A stretch of DNA of 64,000 bases from Gammaproteobacteria bacterium. GTDB lineage: Bacteria; Pseudomonadota; Gammaproteobacteria; JAADGQ01. Shown piece by piece: positions 27,336 through 36,304 of this stretch. Location of the stretch: the NCBI GenBank assembly GCA_015490755.1, contig WFXF01000087.1:57441-121440 (forward strand). The letters run 5' to 3'. Positions within the stretch are counted from its first letter, which is position 1. Each line of letters begins with the position of its first letter. The position numbers and the translations under genes were made by a program. The notes below the pieces were generated by a model. That model did no database searches and was not told the DNA's origin. It saw only the letters and a program-made list of their open reading frames with translations.

Positions 27336-29858
27336 TTAACCCGAAACGGTAATGCTCCATCGATTCAGTTTTCCAATATCACGTCCAGCATGATCAGCAA
27401 CATTTAGTTGCCACTCTCCTTTCGCTTTCTGCCCAACCAACAGACCAAATTCGGTATAATTTTCAACGCTCCACTCCCTCTTCAAATTGTCCTGACCACG
27501 ACCACTGCGATTATGTAAAATAAATTCATCTTGAGTCGGCGCAATTAATTTAACCACCAAATCACCAATCCATGGATGAGTTATATCAACAGCAATACTC
27601 ACCTTTTTTATTACAATTTCCTCGTCAATTTCAACTATTTTGATAATTCCATCCGGTTGATTATCAGGAATTTTGATTGAGTTCGTATCTTCTTTAAATG
27701 CAGAAGCTGCACCCACTTGAAACCTTAAATTCCATAGATTTAACTGCCCCACATCCTGCCTTGCCAGATCTTTTACCTGCAATATCCAGCGCCCTTTGAT
27801 TTCACTTCCTTTAAAAGAAGCTAGGGCGGCAAGGTTATTAAGATCATAACTCTGTTGAATATTTTGTTGATTAGCCCCCGTCCTGTTATGCAAAAGCACA
27901 CTATTGCCATCAGGAGCGGTCAGCCGTATCTCCAGATCACCCACCCAAGTATGGGTAATATCAAGATTAACCTGAATGCTTTCCAGACGACCACTTTGAT
28001 TAACATCAATTATATCTTGAATACCTATCGTATTTTCATCGGGAATATTTTTATCAGGTGATGATTCAAATAGATAATCATCGGTTGCAACTGTGCCTTT
28101 AGATTCTTCCATAGCTGCCCGCACAGCATTAAATGCATCAACATTGCCATAACCAAACCAGGGACTCCAACTCCCATCATCACTCCCAATCTCCTGAAAG
28201 TCTCCTTGATCAAATGGCATAACGGGCGAAACATCCCAGTCAGGATCCGGGTCGTAACTTGCTGCGGGCGTTCTCGGATAACCTGACATATCAAGCTGCT
28301 TTGATGCCGTACGTTTAAGCAGAGAAATCACAGCTTGCCCACTCAATGAAGGGTTTGCAGAGATCACTAAAGCAGCAACACCTGCAACGAGAGGTGCTGC
28401 ACTGGAGGTCCCACCGAAGCTTTGTGTCACGGGTGATGATGAATCTGTTGAAGGCCCCGTTGTCGTTGTAATACCTAACCCTTTAACCTCAAGGCGGTAA
28501 TATGAATGGCTGTTACTACTGGGAGCACAAAGAGAAATTCCGTTGCCATAATTTGAATAATGGCTGCGTTTTCCAGTACTGGCTAATGCAGCAATATGCA
28601 TCACCCCATCCAATCCTACAAGATCATTTCTAAATTTCCTTGACGTACGAACACCACTCCAGTACCAACCATTTACACCAAAGCTCCAACCATCAGAATA
28701 GGGCACATCAATATCACCGTCATAGCTTATTGGGCAATTTTCATTACCCGCAGCCCATAAAAAAACGATTCCTTTACCCCGTCGTCCTCCATCTTTCGCT
28801 AAAGTTTTAATGTATTCCGTCACATAGCTGGGCCAATAGCTTGAAGGTGTTGACCCCCATGAGTTTGAAAGAATATCAACCTTATCAGAGAGGTACTGTA
28901 AAGCAGTATAAAATTTACCTGTTGAGATATAGAGAGTTGGCCCATCCGACTCCCACTTCACAGGAAACAACTTACAACCCGGCGCAGCGCCTACTGTTAA
29001 CTCTGCATCCAGTTCAGCAGCAATCACACCTGCCACAGAAGTTCCGTGATTTGAACCCGGTTGATACATTGCACCGGGGTCAGAGCCGATATCACTGTTT
29101 GTAATAAGACTATCACCTTGAAAATAACCCCAACCTGAAAATTTTTGTTCTGAATCGAAATCAACATGATCAAGTTGGCAGCCATCATCGGTTACTCCAA
29201 CCACGACGTCAGCACTGCCATATCCATCCAATAATTGCCAGGCAGATTGACAACGGCTTGAAGCAATCGGGTCAAATTCATCATCAATAAAATCAGTATG
29301 AAGATGCCACTGACGATTATAATAAGGATCCGTTGGCAGAGGTAACACCTGAGTCCTGGCTAATAGATTCAAATCATGTTCCGCACGTTTAACCAATGAC
29401 TCATTCTCAGTCAATTTAACAATTAACTTAACCGGATTCATACCTGTTGCATTGGTTAGCTGAAACAAAAATTCATGATGGCTATAACGTGCCTTTGTAA
29501 TCAAGCCATATTTTCCCGCCAAAGCACTGATCTGCTCTAATGTTGCACTGGGAATGAAGGTCACGAATATACGGTCGGTAATAAGAAAAGCATCCTCACC
29601 ATCAGCGACTTCATAAGCATGATGAGTCACTGCCAAGCTCCGTGCCCGTCCCATTAACTCATCCAGCTTTTCACGAGCGATACCACTCACACGAGATGAT
29701 GCAGAAGAGACACGCTCCAATGAGTGAATACCCGCTTTTTCCAGTACGTCTGGTAGTGCTCGCACCACCATCTGATCCGGCCTTTTTTTGAGCAGGAGCT
29801 TTTTTCCTGCATGGTATGTATAAATTTCCCGGGCTGCTTTTGTCATTATTACCCCCAT
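27336..29858 (-). CDS. S8 (subtilisin/kexin-like) serine peptidase with two tandem C-terminal proprotein-convertase P-domains
   Basis: Catalytic Asp 'VVGVTDDG', His 'NHGTSVAGVIAA', Asn 'WAAGNEN' and Ser 'GGTSSAAPLVAGVAALV'. Two P-domain repeats are present ('DITHTWVGDLEIRLTAPDG...', 'DITHPWIGDLVVKLIAPTQ...'). The N-terminus has no hydrophobic leader. Confidence 0.85.
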   Translation of the reverse strand: MGVIMTKAAREIYTYHAGKKLLLKKRPDQMVVRALPDVLEKAGIHSLERVSSASSRVSGIAREKLDELMGRARSLAVTHHAYEVADGEDAFLITDRIFVTFIPSATLEQISALAGKYGLITKARYSHHEFLFQLTNATGMNPVKLIVKLTENESLVKRAEHDLNLLARTQVLPLPTDPYYNRQWHLHTDFIDDEFDPIASSRCQSAWQLLDGYGSADVVVGVTDDGCQLDHVDFDSEQKFSGWGYFQGDSLITNSDIGSDPGAMYQPGSNHGTSVAGVIAAELDAELTVGAAPGCKLFPVKWESDGPTLYISTGKFYTALQYLSDKVDILSNSWGSTPSSYWPSYVTEYIKTLAKDGGRRGKGIVFLWAAGNENCPISYDGDIDVPYSDGWSFGVNGWYWSGVRTSRKFRNDLVGLDGVMHIAALASTGKRSHYSNYGNGISLCAPSSNSHSYYRLEVKGLGITTTTGPSTDSSSPVTQSFGGTSSAAPLVAGVAALVISANPSLSGQAVISLLKRTASKQLDMSGYPRTPAASYDPDPDWDVSPVMPFDQGDFQEIGSDDGSWSPWFGYGNVDAFNAVRAAMEESKGTVATDDYLFESSPDKNIPDENTIGIQDIIDVNQSGRLESIQVNLDITHTWVGDLEIRLTAPDGNSVLLHNRTGANQQNIQQSYDLNNLAALASFKGSEIKGRWILQVKDLARQDVGQLNLWNLRFQVGAASAFKEDTNSIKIPDNQPDGIIKIVEIDEEIVIKKVSIAVDITHPWIGDLVVKLIAPTQDEFILHNRSGRGQDNLKREWSVENYTEFGLLVGQKAKGEWQLNVADHAGRDIGKLNRWSITVSG

Positions 29859-29874
29859 ATTATATTTATTATTT

Positions 29875-30035
29875 AGGAACGTTCACGAAATAACTTCTGC
29901 ACTCTGGCTTGCCCTTTTACTCCGGCTCAAACGATCTCAATCGTTACATAGGCCAGCTATGCGCCTCTTAAGATCGTTTGAGCCGAAGCAAAATTTCTAC
30001 GCAATAGTTGCAGAAGTTATTCCGTGCACGTTCCT
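29875..30035. repeat. 161-bp two-tier palindromic element between the sensor-kinase gene and the S8 protease gene
   Basis: The outer arms AGGAACGTTCACGAAATAACTTCTGCA (from 29875) and TGCAGAAGTTATTCCGTGCACGTTCCT (to 30035) have 2 mismatches. The inner stem is perfect over 15-16 bp (CCGGCTCAAACGATCT / AGATCGTTTGAGCCG). Confidence 0.8.
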
Positions 30036-30047
30036 TACCGAATTGGA

Positions 30048-31418
30048 TTATGTGCCTTTCAGGTAGACTGAAACCATTGCACCACCGAGTGGCCCAGCTT
30101 CAATATTAACGCACCCACCATAAAGCTGAGCAATCGTATCCACAATTGCAAGCCCAATACCATGCCCCTCCGTCCCCACATCTGCACGAGTTCCACGCTG
30201 TAGAACTTTGTCCATCAGCTCTACCGGAATACCGGGTCCATCGTCCCATACCCGTATTTTTACTCCGGCAATAGTACCGCTTTTAGTAATTTCTCGTTTA
30301 ACACTCATAACAACACGACTGTCGCACCATTTATAAGCGTTATCTAACAAGTTACCAGTAATTTCCATCAAGTCGCCTTCATCACCGTGATAAACTACCT
30401 CTTTATCAAAATCCAACTGGCTTTCAACTGTTTTTTCCAGGTAGACCTTATTAAGTGCTGCGATCACTTTCTTAACTAATGGTTCCAAAGCAACGGGTTT
30501 AGCCAATGCAATTCGGCCCGAAGTTGCCGCACGTTGTAACTGATACTCTACAATCTGTGTCATTCGCGCCACTTGCTCTTTTGCATCATTAGCAAGCAAC
30601 TCTTTTTTTTCAGAATCTTCCATATAGCCCTGCAAAACAGCCAGCGGAGTTTTCATACTATGTGCCAGATCACCCAATGCATCCCGGTAACGCTTGATGT
30701 GCTCTCTTTCACTGTTAATCAGCGCATTAATATTATTGGTTAAACCTCTTAATTCTTTGGGGTAATTACCCTGAAGCTGCGTCTGTTTTCCGGCCTCTAT
30801 AGCAGTCAACCCATCAGCTGCACGGCGCAAAGGAACCAATCCCCAACGCAAGACTAACCACTGTGTAACAAGCAGTAATAGTGCCACACTACCTAATGAT
30901 ATTGCTAGATTTTGACGAAATTCAGCGACCTGTTTTTTATAGTTATACAAACTTTCTGCAACACTAAACGTATACTGTTTTTCAGGCCCGGCATTGTTCT
31001 GTAAAGTCAAACCAAAACTAAAGACAAATAACTCTTGACCATTCGATGCAACTGACCTTTTAAAACGCTGCTCTAATGGCTTCAAGTTTTTATGATAAGA
31101 GATATTCAATGTACTCATGGATGGAGAGCGCCACAAACCTTTTCCTGCATTATTTGCAACCTGTGCATAAAGTCCAGATTTAAGTGTTGAAAATCGGGCT
31201 TCAGGCAACATATCAGGCAAACTGACCCCCTCCTTCCCGCCTAACTCAGCAGCAGACATGAGTAAATATGTTGTTGTTTTCAAGCGCTGCTGAATGCCTG
31301 ACTCAATACTGTGACAAAACAACCGATCCAGTATCAGCCCGGTCACACCTAAAAATGCAGTCAAGACTAAACTTCCTGCAAGCAACAGGCGACCACTGAT
31401 TGATTGGAATAAGCGCAT
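30048..31418 (-). CDS. two-component sensor histidine kinase (PhoQ/QseC-like topology)
   Basis: 456 aa with two TM helices flanking a periplasmic domain of about 150 aa, a HAMP region, the H-box 'LAHSMKTPLAVL', the N-box 'LLDNAYKW' and the G-box 'GHGIGLAIV'. Confidence 0.85.
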   Translation of the reverse strand: MRLFQSISGRLLLAGSLVLTAFLGVTGLILDRLFCHSIESGIQQRLKTTTYLLMSAAELGGKEGVSLPDMLPEARFSTLKSGLYAQVANNAGKGLWRSPSMSTLNISYHKNLKPLEQRFKRSVASNGQELFVFSFGLTLQNNAGPEKQYTFSVAESLYNYKKQVAEFRQNLAISLGSVALLLLVTQWLVLRWGLVPLRRAADGLTAIEAGKQTQLQGNYPKELRGLTNNINALINSEREHIKRYRDALGDLAHSMKTPLAVLQGYMEDSEKKELLANDAKEQVARMTQIVEYQLQRAATSGRIALAKPVALEPLVKKVIAALNKVYLEKTVESQLDFDKEVVYHGDEGDLMEITGNLLDNAYKWCDSRVVMSVKREITKSGTIAGVKIRVWDDGPGIPVELMDKVLQRGTRADVGTEGHGIGLAIVDTIAQLYGGCVNIEAGPLGGAMVSVYLKGT

Positions 31419-31420
31419 AC

Positions 31421-32101
31421 CTACGATGAACGTGTCAGAGTAAAACGATACCCTCGTCCACGTAATGTTTCGATGGGTTGTAACTGTTTGTCAGGATCAA
31501 TCTTGTTTCTCAAGCGTCGAATAAATACTTCAATCACATTACTGTCACGATCAAAATCCTGATCATATAAATGCTCCGTCAGATCAGTTTTCGAGATGAC
31601 CTCACCCGCGTGCAACATCAAGTACTCCAACACTTTATATTCATAAGATGTCAGATCCACGACCTCTTCATTCACTGTGACTGCTTGAGTGCTGGTATTC
31701 AATGCAATTACTCCGCACTGCAATACAGATTGCGCCCAACCCGCCGCTCGTCGAGTAAGGACTTTAATCCGTGCCAATAACTCTTCGATATGAAAAGGCT
31801 TAACCATATAATCATCTGCACCGGCTTCCAGACCATCCACCTTTTCATTCCAGCGCCCACGTGCAGTTAAAATCAGTATCGGAGATATATTACCTTCTGA
31901 ACGCAACGTTTTAATGACATCAATTCCGGGCATTCCAGGCAACCCCAAGTCAACAATCATCACGTCGTAGGGGTATTCTTGCCCCAAAAACAGACCATCA
32001 ACGCCATTATCAGCTGAGTCCACGGCAAAACCATCACTAATTAACCGCTCCGTTAACTGTTCTCGTAATGGAGCTTCATCTTCTATCACTAATACACGCA
32101 T
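31421..32101 (-). CDS. OmpR/PhoB-family response regulator
   Basis: 226 aa with 'MRVLVIEDE', 'DVMIVDLGLPGMPG', 'ILTARG', 'DDYMVKPF' and the winged-helix 'TLRGRGYRF'. Confidence 0.9.
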   Translation of the reverse strand: MRVLVIEDEAPLREQLTERLISDGFAVDSADNGVDGLFLGQEYPYDVMIVDLGLPGMPGIDVIKTLRSEGNISPILILTARGRWNEKVDGLEAGADDYMVKPFHIEELLARIKVLTRRAAGWAQSVLQCGVIALNTSTQAVTVNEEVVDLTSYEYKVLEYLMLHAGEVISKTDLTEHLYDQDFDRDSNVIEVFIRRLRNKIDPDKQLQPIETLRGRGYRFTLTRSS

Positions 32102-32230
32102 AGGCGACTTCCTTTTGAATATATCGATACAATAACAATACCCTGTGAGTTTTCATAGCCACCACAAAAGATCCTCACGCCTGTTATACTTCTCCCGATA
32201 TATTCACAATTATGTTTAAAGAAAAAACAG

Positions 32231-33547
32231 ATGCAAAACATAGATACATTAATCCACGCCCGCTGGATTATCCCCGTTGAGCCAGAAAATATTGTTCATG
32301 AAAATTACAGCCTTGCAATTCATGAGGGGCATATTATTGAACTCTTGCCTACGGACCAAGCCAAAGAGAAGTACCTGAGTCGTAATGTACAGAATCTCAC
32401 CGAACATGCCCTGATTCCCGGCCTGATTAATACGCATACTCATGCCGCCATGAGTCTGTTTCGTGGGCTGTCTGACGATTTGCCCTTGATGGAGTGGCTG
32501 AACGATCACATCTGGCCCGCCGAAGGCAAATGGGTCAATAGCGAATTTGTTCAGGATGGCACTGAACTCGCCATTGCCGAAATGATACGCGGCGGCACAA
32601 CCACTTTCAGTGACATGTACTTTTTCCCGGATGTTGCTGCACATGTTGCTGACAAAAGTGGCATACGTGCTGTTGTGGGCATGATCATTATTGATTTTCC
32701 AACGGTGTGGGCCAGCAGTGCCGGTGAATACATCAGCAAAGGTCTGGAGGTGAATGAGCGTTATCGTCACCACCCCCGAATCACCACCGCATTTGCACCT
32801 CATGCGCCTTACACCGTTTCTGATGAACCGCTGCAACAGATTAATACACTTGCAGAGCAACTCGATATTCCGGTGCATATTCATCTTCATGAAACCGACG
32901 ATGAAATCAAGCAAAGTATTGAAAACCATAAAGAGCGACCTCTGCAACGATTGACTCGATTGGGTTTGCTATCCCCCCGTTTAATTGCCGTTCATATGAC
33001 TCACTTGAGTGACGACGAAATTTCACAAGTCGCTCAGGCAGGCGCACACGTTGTACATTGCCCTGAATCGAACTTAAAACTGGCCAGTGGTTTTTGCCCT
33101 GTTCATAAAATTATGAGTACAGGTGGAAATGTGGCACTGGGAACCGATGGCGCCGCCAGTAATAACGACCTTGATATGTTTGGAGAGATGCGTACCGCTG
33201 CACTGCTTGCCAAAGCAGTTGCTAACGATGCCAGCGCTTTACCGGCAGAGTGTGCCCTCAAAATGGCAACGCTCAATGGCGCTCAAGCGTTAGGCATTGA
33301 TGATAAAACAGGCTCACTTAAAGCTGGCAAAGCAGCGGATATCACCGCCGTGCACCTGGGTTCATTAGAAAATCAGCCGATCTATCATCCAGTTTCACAG
33401 ATCGTTTATACCAGCGGGCGGCATAATGTGACGGACGTATGGGTCGCAGGCCAACACCTGTTAAAAAGTGGTATGCTCACTACATTGAATGAAGACAAAA
33501 TCAAACAAAAAACGATGCGCTGGCAAACTTGTATTGCCGAAGAATAA
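32231..33547 (+). CDS. mtaD: TRZ/ATZ-family amidohydrolase, 5-methylthioadenosine/S-adenosylhomocysteine deaminase-like
   Basis: 438 aa with 'GLINTHTHAAMSLFRGLSDDLPLMEWL', 'HIHLHET' and 'LGTDGAASNN'. Its position upstream of ubiG matches Pseudomonas. Confidence 0.75.
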   Translation: MQNIDTLIHARWIIPVEPENIVHENYSLAIHEGHIIELLPTDQAKEKYLSRNVQNLTEHALIPGLINTHTHAAMSLFRGLSDDLPLMEWLNDHIWPAEGKWVNSEFVQDGTELAIAEMIRGGTTTFSDMYFFPDVAAHVADKSGIRAVVGMIIIDFPTVWASSAGEYISKGLEVNERYRHHPRITTAFAPHAPYTVSDEPLQQINTLAEQLDIPVHIHLHETDDEIKQSIENHKERPLQRLTRLGLLSPRLIAVHMTHLSDDEISQVAQAGAHVVHCPESNLKLASGFCPVHKIMSTGGNVALGTDGAASNNDLDMFGEMRTAALLAKAVANDASALPAECALKMATLNGAQALGIDDKTGSLKAGKAADITAVHLGSLENQPIYHPVSQIVYTSGRHNVTDVWVAGQHLLKSGMLTTLNEDKIKQKTMRWQTCIAEE

Positions 33548-33560
33548 TAGGTAGTTCGCT

Positions 33561-34271
33561 ATGACTGAAATTCTCCATAATGTTGACCCTCAAGAAGTTG
33601 AAAAATTTAATGCTTTGGCATCGCGCTGGTGGGACTCAACCAGTGAATTCAAACCCCTGCATGATATTAATCCACTGCGCTTAAACTATATTGATGAAAA
33701 TGCAGGCATTGCTGGAAAAGAGGTGCTGGATGTTGGCTGTGGCGGCGGCATACTCTCGGAGAGTATGTCTCTGCGTGGCGCAGAAGTTACTGGAATCGAC
33801 ATGGCAAAAGCTGCTCTTTCCGTGGCGAAGTTACACCTGCTTGAATCTGGTATAAAAGTTAATTATCAGCAAATTTCAGTCGAAGAACTTGCTTTTAACC
33901 AACCGGAAACATTCGATGTCGTTACTTGTATGGAGATGCTGGAGCACGTACCCGATCCTTCATCGGTGATTGAATCCTGCGCAAAGCTGGTGAAACCGGG
34001 CGGAGATATTTTCTTTTCCACTCTCAACCGCAATGCAAAATCCTACCTCTTTGCAATTTTGGGTGCAGAATACATCTTGAAAATGCTCCCTAAAGGTACG
34101 CATGACTATCAAAAATTTATTCGCCCCTCAGAGCTTGAAGCGTGGATTCGAGGCTCGGGTCTTGAACTCAAAAAAATAACCGGCATGAGTTATAACCCTC
34201 TCACTAAAAATTATAAGCTGGGTCAAGATATCAGCGTCAATTATCTGGTTCATGTGGTTCGCCCTGAATGA
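33561..34271 (+). CDS. ubiG: bifunctional ubiquinone biosynthesis O-methyltransferase UbiG
   Basis: 236 aa with '[10 protein letters not shown]', 'LHDINPLRL' and the SAM motif '[13 protein letters not shown]'. Confidence 0.9.
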   Translation: MTEILHNVDPQEVEKFNALASRWWDSTSEFKPLHDINPLRLNYIDENAGIAGKEVLDVGCGGGILSESMSLRGAEVTGIDMAKAALSVAKLHLLESGIKVNYQQISVEELAFNQPETFDVVTCMEMLEHVPDPSSVIESCAKLVKPGGDIFFSTLNRNAKSYLFAILGAEYILKMLPKGTHDYQKFIRPSELEAWIRGSGLELKKITGMSYNPLTKNYKLGQDISVNYLVHVVRPE

Positions 34272-34915
34272 CAGCAATAATAGAGACTGTTTTATTTGAC
34301 CTTGATGGCACACTGGCTGATACAGCACCCGATCTGGCTTATGCATTAAATATTGTATTGAAAGAACAAGGTAAAAAGCCATGTCCCTACGACCAGATTC
34401 GTTACACAGCCTCCAACGGCACAGCCGCTCTAATCAAACTGGGATTTGGTGAAATAGAGGATCACCACACTCTCAGTCAAAGACTCATTGAAATTTATGC
34501 CAATAACATTACGCGCGAAACCACTCTGTTTGATGGAATGAGTTCGCTGCTGGAGCATATCGAGCAACAAGGGAAAAACTGGGGTGTAGTCACCAATAAA
34601 CCCACATTTTTAACTGAGCCACTCATGGCTCAACTCGGACTATCTGATCGAGCCGCCTGTATTGTCAGCGGTGATACAACCGCAATGCGCAAACCTCACC
34701 CAGAACCACTGCTTCATGCCAGTCGATTGGTTAATCACCCCCCTGAAGAGTGTCTTTATGTCGGTGATGCCGAGCGAGACATTGAAGCAGGTAATCGTGC
34801 CGGCATGACAACATTGGCCGCGCTGTTTGGTTATATTAGTGATCATGATTCGCCGCAACACTGGCAAGCCGATGGATTGATCAATCGTCCCCAGGATATT
34901 TTGCAGTGGATTTAA
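34268..34915 (+). CDS. HAD-superfamily phosphatase (phosphoglycolate phosphatase / MupP-like)
   Basis: 215 aa with '[12 protein letters not shown]', 'VTNKP' and '[12 protein letters not shown]'. It follows ubiG, as mupP does in pseudomonads. Substrate specificity cannot be determined from sequence alone. Confidence 0.7.
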   Translation: MTAIIETVLFDLDGTLADTAPDLAYALNIVLKEQGKKPCPYDQIRYTASNGTAALIKLGFGEIEDHHTLSQRLIEIYANNITRETTLFDGMSSLLEHIEQQGKNWGVVTNKPTFLTEPLMAQLGLSDRAACIVSGDTTAMRKPHPEPLLHASRLVNHPPEECLYVGDAERDIEAGNRAGMTTLAALFGYISDHDSPQHWQADGLINRPQDILQWI

Positions 34916-36225
34916 GCCTGATATTTACTGAAAGCACTCTTTATCTTCTGTTTGCAGTCACCGCCCTGCTCTCTTCTGTCACGGCCTGGGCATTCACTTA
35001 TTTCTGGGCTCTGCGCCGTTACTCCGAACTGCGTGAGGAAAACACAAAACTCAGAACCACTTTAGAGCTTGAACGACAAAATGCATTAGAAAAACGTGCC
35101 GATACACACACGATGCAAAAGCAGCTCAGAGATACATTCTCAATGCTCTCTACCCGGGCACTGCAACAAAATAATGAGCAATTCCTCAACCTCGCTAACG
35201 AAAACCTGAAACAACTCCATATACAGTCCCAAAGTGATCTGACACAAAAAGAGCAGGCAATCAAAAATATGCTTGATCCAATCAGAGAAGCACTTAATAA
35301 AACAGACCAGCAGATCCAGCGCGTTGAGAAAGATCGTAAAGAGGCTTATGGCTCACTCAACCAATATCTCGATTCAATGCAGCAGACCCAGAAAATGCTT
35401 CATGCTGAAACGCACAATTTAAGCCAGGCCATGCGTCGCCCTGAAGTACGTGGTCAATGGGGTGAATTAACCCTGAAACGCCTTGCTGAACTCTCTGGCA
35501 TGGTTGAGTATTGTGATTTCTACGAACAGGAGCATACAGCTACATCTGAAGGGGCTTTTCGCCCTGATATGATCATACGCGTTCCCGGTTCACGCGAAAT
35601 TATTGTCGATGTTAAAACTCCGCTTGATGCGTATTTAAGCGCTATTGAAGCCACAGAGGATCAAACACGCAATAAATACCTTGCAAAACATGCACGAAAC
35701 ATCAATCAGCGTGTTAATGAACTGGCCAGCAAAAATTACTGGAAACAATTCAAACACAGCCCTGACTTTGTGGTGCTGTTTATTCCGGGCGATCCATTTT
35801 TAAGCGCTGCACTGGAGTTTGACCGGGATCTGTTAGAAAAAGCACTCGCCAAAAAAGTGGTTCCCGCCACCCCGACCAGCTTCGTCGCCCTGCTGCGCAC
35901 CATCGCCTACGGCTGGCGACAGCAAACACTCGCTGACAATGCAGAAACAATCCGTTACCTTGGTGAAGACCTTTATAAACGTCTCGCTATATTCTCGGAA
36001 CATCTGGGAAAAGTTGGAAAAAATCTGGAAAATACTGTAGAAAACTATAACAAAGCTATTGGGTCATTTGAACGCCAAATTACCCCGGCTGCACAGAAAT
36101 TTACAAAGCTGGGCATCAGCGCAAGTAAAAAAGTTGAACAACCAGACTGTATTGAAAAGAGTGTCAGGTCTGTTGCTGGAAGCTCAGAAAGAGACCATCA
36201 TTCAGCCCCCATTAGCAAACTGTAA
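34906..36225 (+). CDS. rmuC: DNA recombination protein RmuC
   Basis: 439 aa with an N-terminal TM helix, a coiled coil, and 'RGQWGELTLKRLAELSGM...DMIIRVPG...IVDVKTPL'. GTG start at 34906. Confidence 0.85.
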   Translation: MDLSLIFTESTLYLLFAVTALLSSVTAWAFTYFWALRRYSELREENTKLRTTLELERQNALEKRADTHTMQKQLRDTFSMLSTRALQQNNEQFLNLANENLKQLHIQSQSDLTQKEQAIKNMLDPIREALNKTDQQIQRVEKDRKEAYGSLNQYLDSMQQTQKMLHAETHNLSQAMRRPEVRGQWGELTLKRLAELSGMVEYCDFYEQEHTATSEGAFRPDMIIRVPGSREIIVDVKTPLDAYLSAIEATEDQTRNKYLAKHARNINQRVNELASKNYWKQFKHSPDFVVLFIPGDPFLSAALEFDRDLLEKALAKKVVPATPTSFVALLRTIAYGWRQQTLADNAETIRYLGEDLYKRLAIFSEHLGKVGKNLENTVENYNKAIGSFERQITPAAQKFTKLGISASKKVEQPDCIEKSVRSVAGSSERDHHSAPISKL

Positions 36226-36304
36226 TTTGTACTTTATTCAGCCATGTTTGAGCTATAGCACTAAATTAATCACATATTAACCGGTTTTATATTGGACATT
36301 CATC

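Noticed and set aside
32249-32947. A 232-aa ORF runs antisense to mtaD. Similar long antisense or alternative-frame ORFs occur at 168-521, 2634-3002, 36365-36832, 62902-63324 and 23539-23859.
   Set aside because: Each lies entirely inside a confidently identified gene on the other strand or frame. Each has odd composition (Cys/His/Arg-rich or low complexity) and no recognisable motifs. These are typical shadow ORFs.
36226-36304. I considered a glycine riboswitch upstream of the alanine/glycine:cation symporter gene and a SAH/SAM-type riboswitch upstream of mtaD (32102-32230).
   Set aside because: The spacers are only 79 and 129 bp, and I could not recognise conserved riboswitch cores in them.
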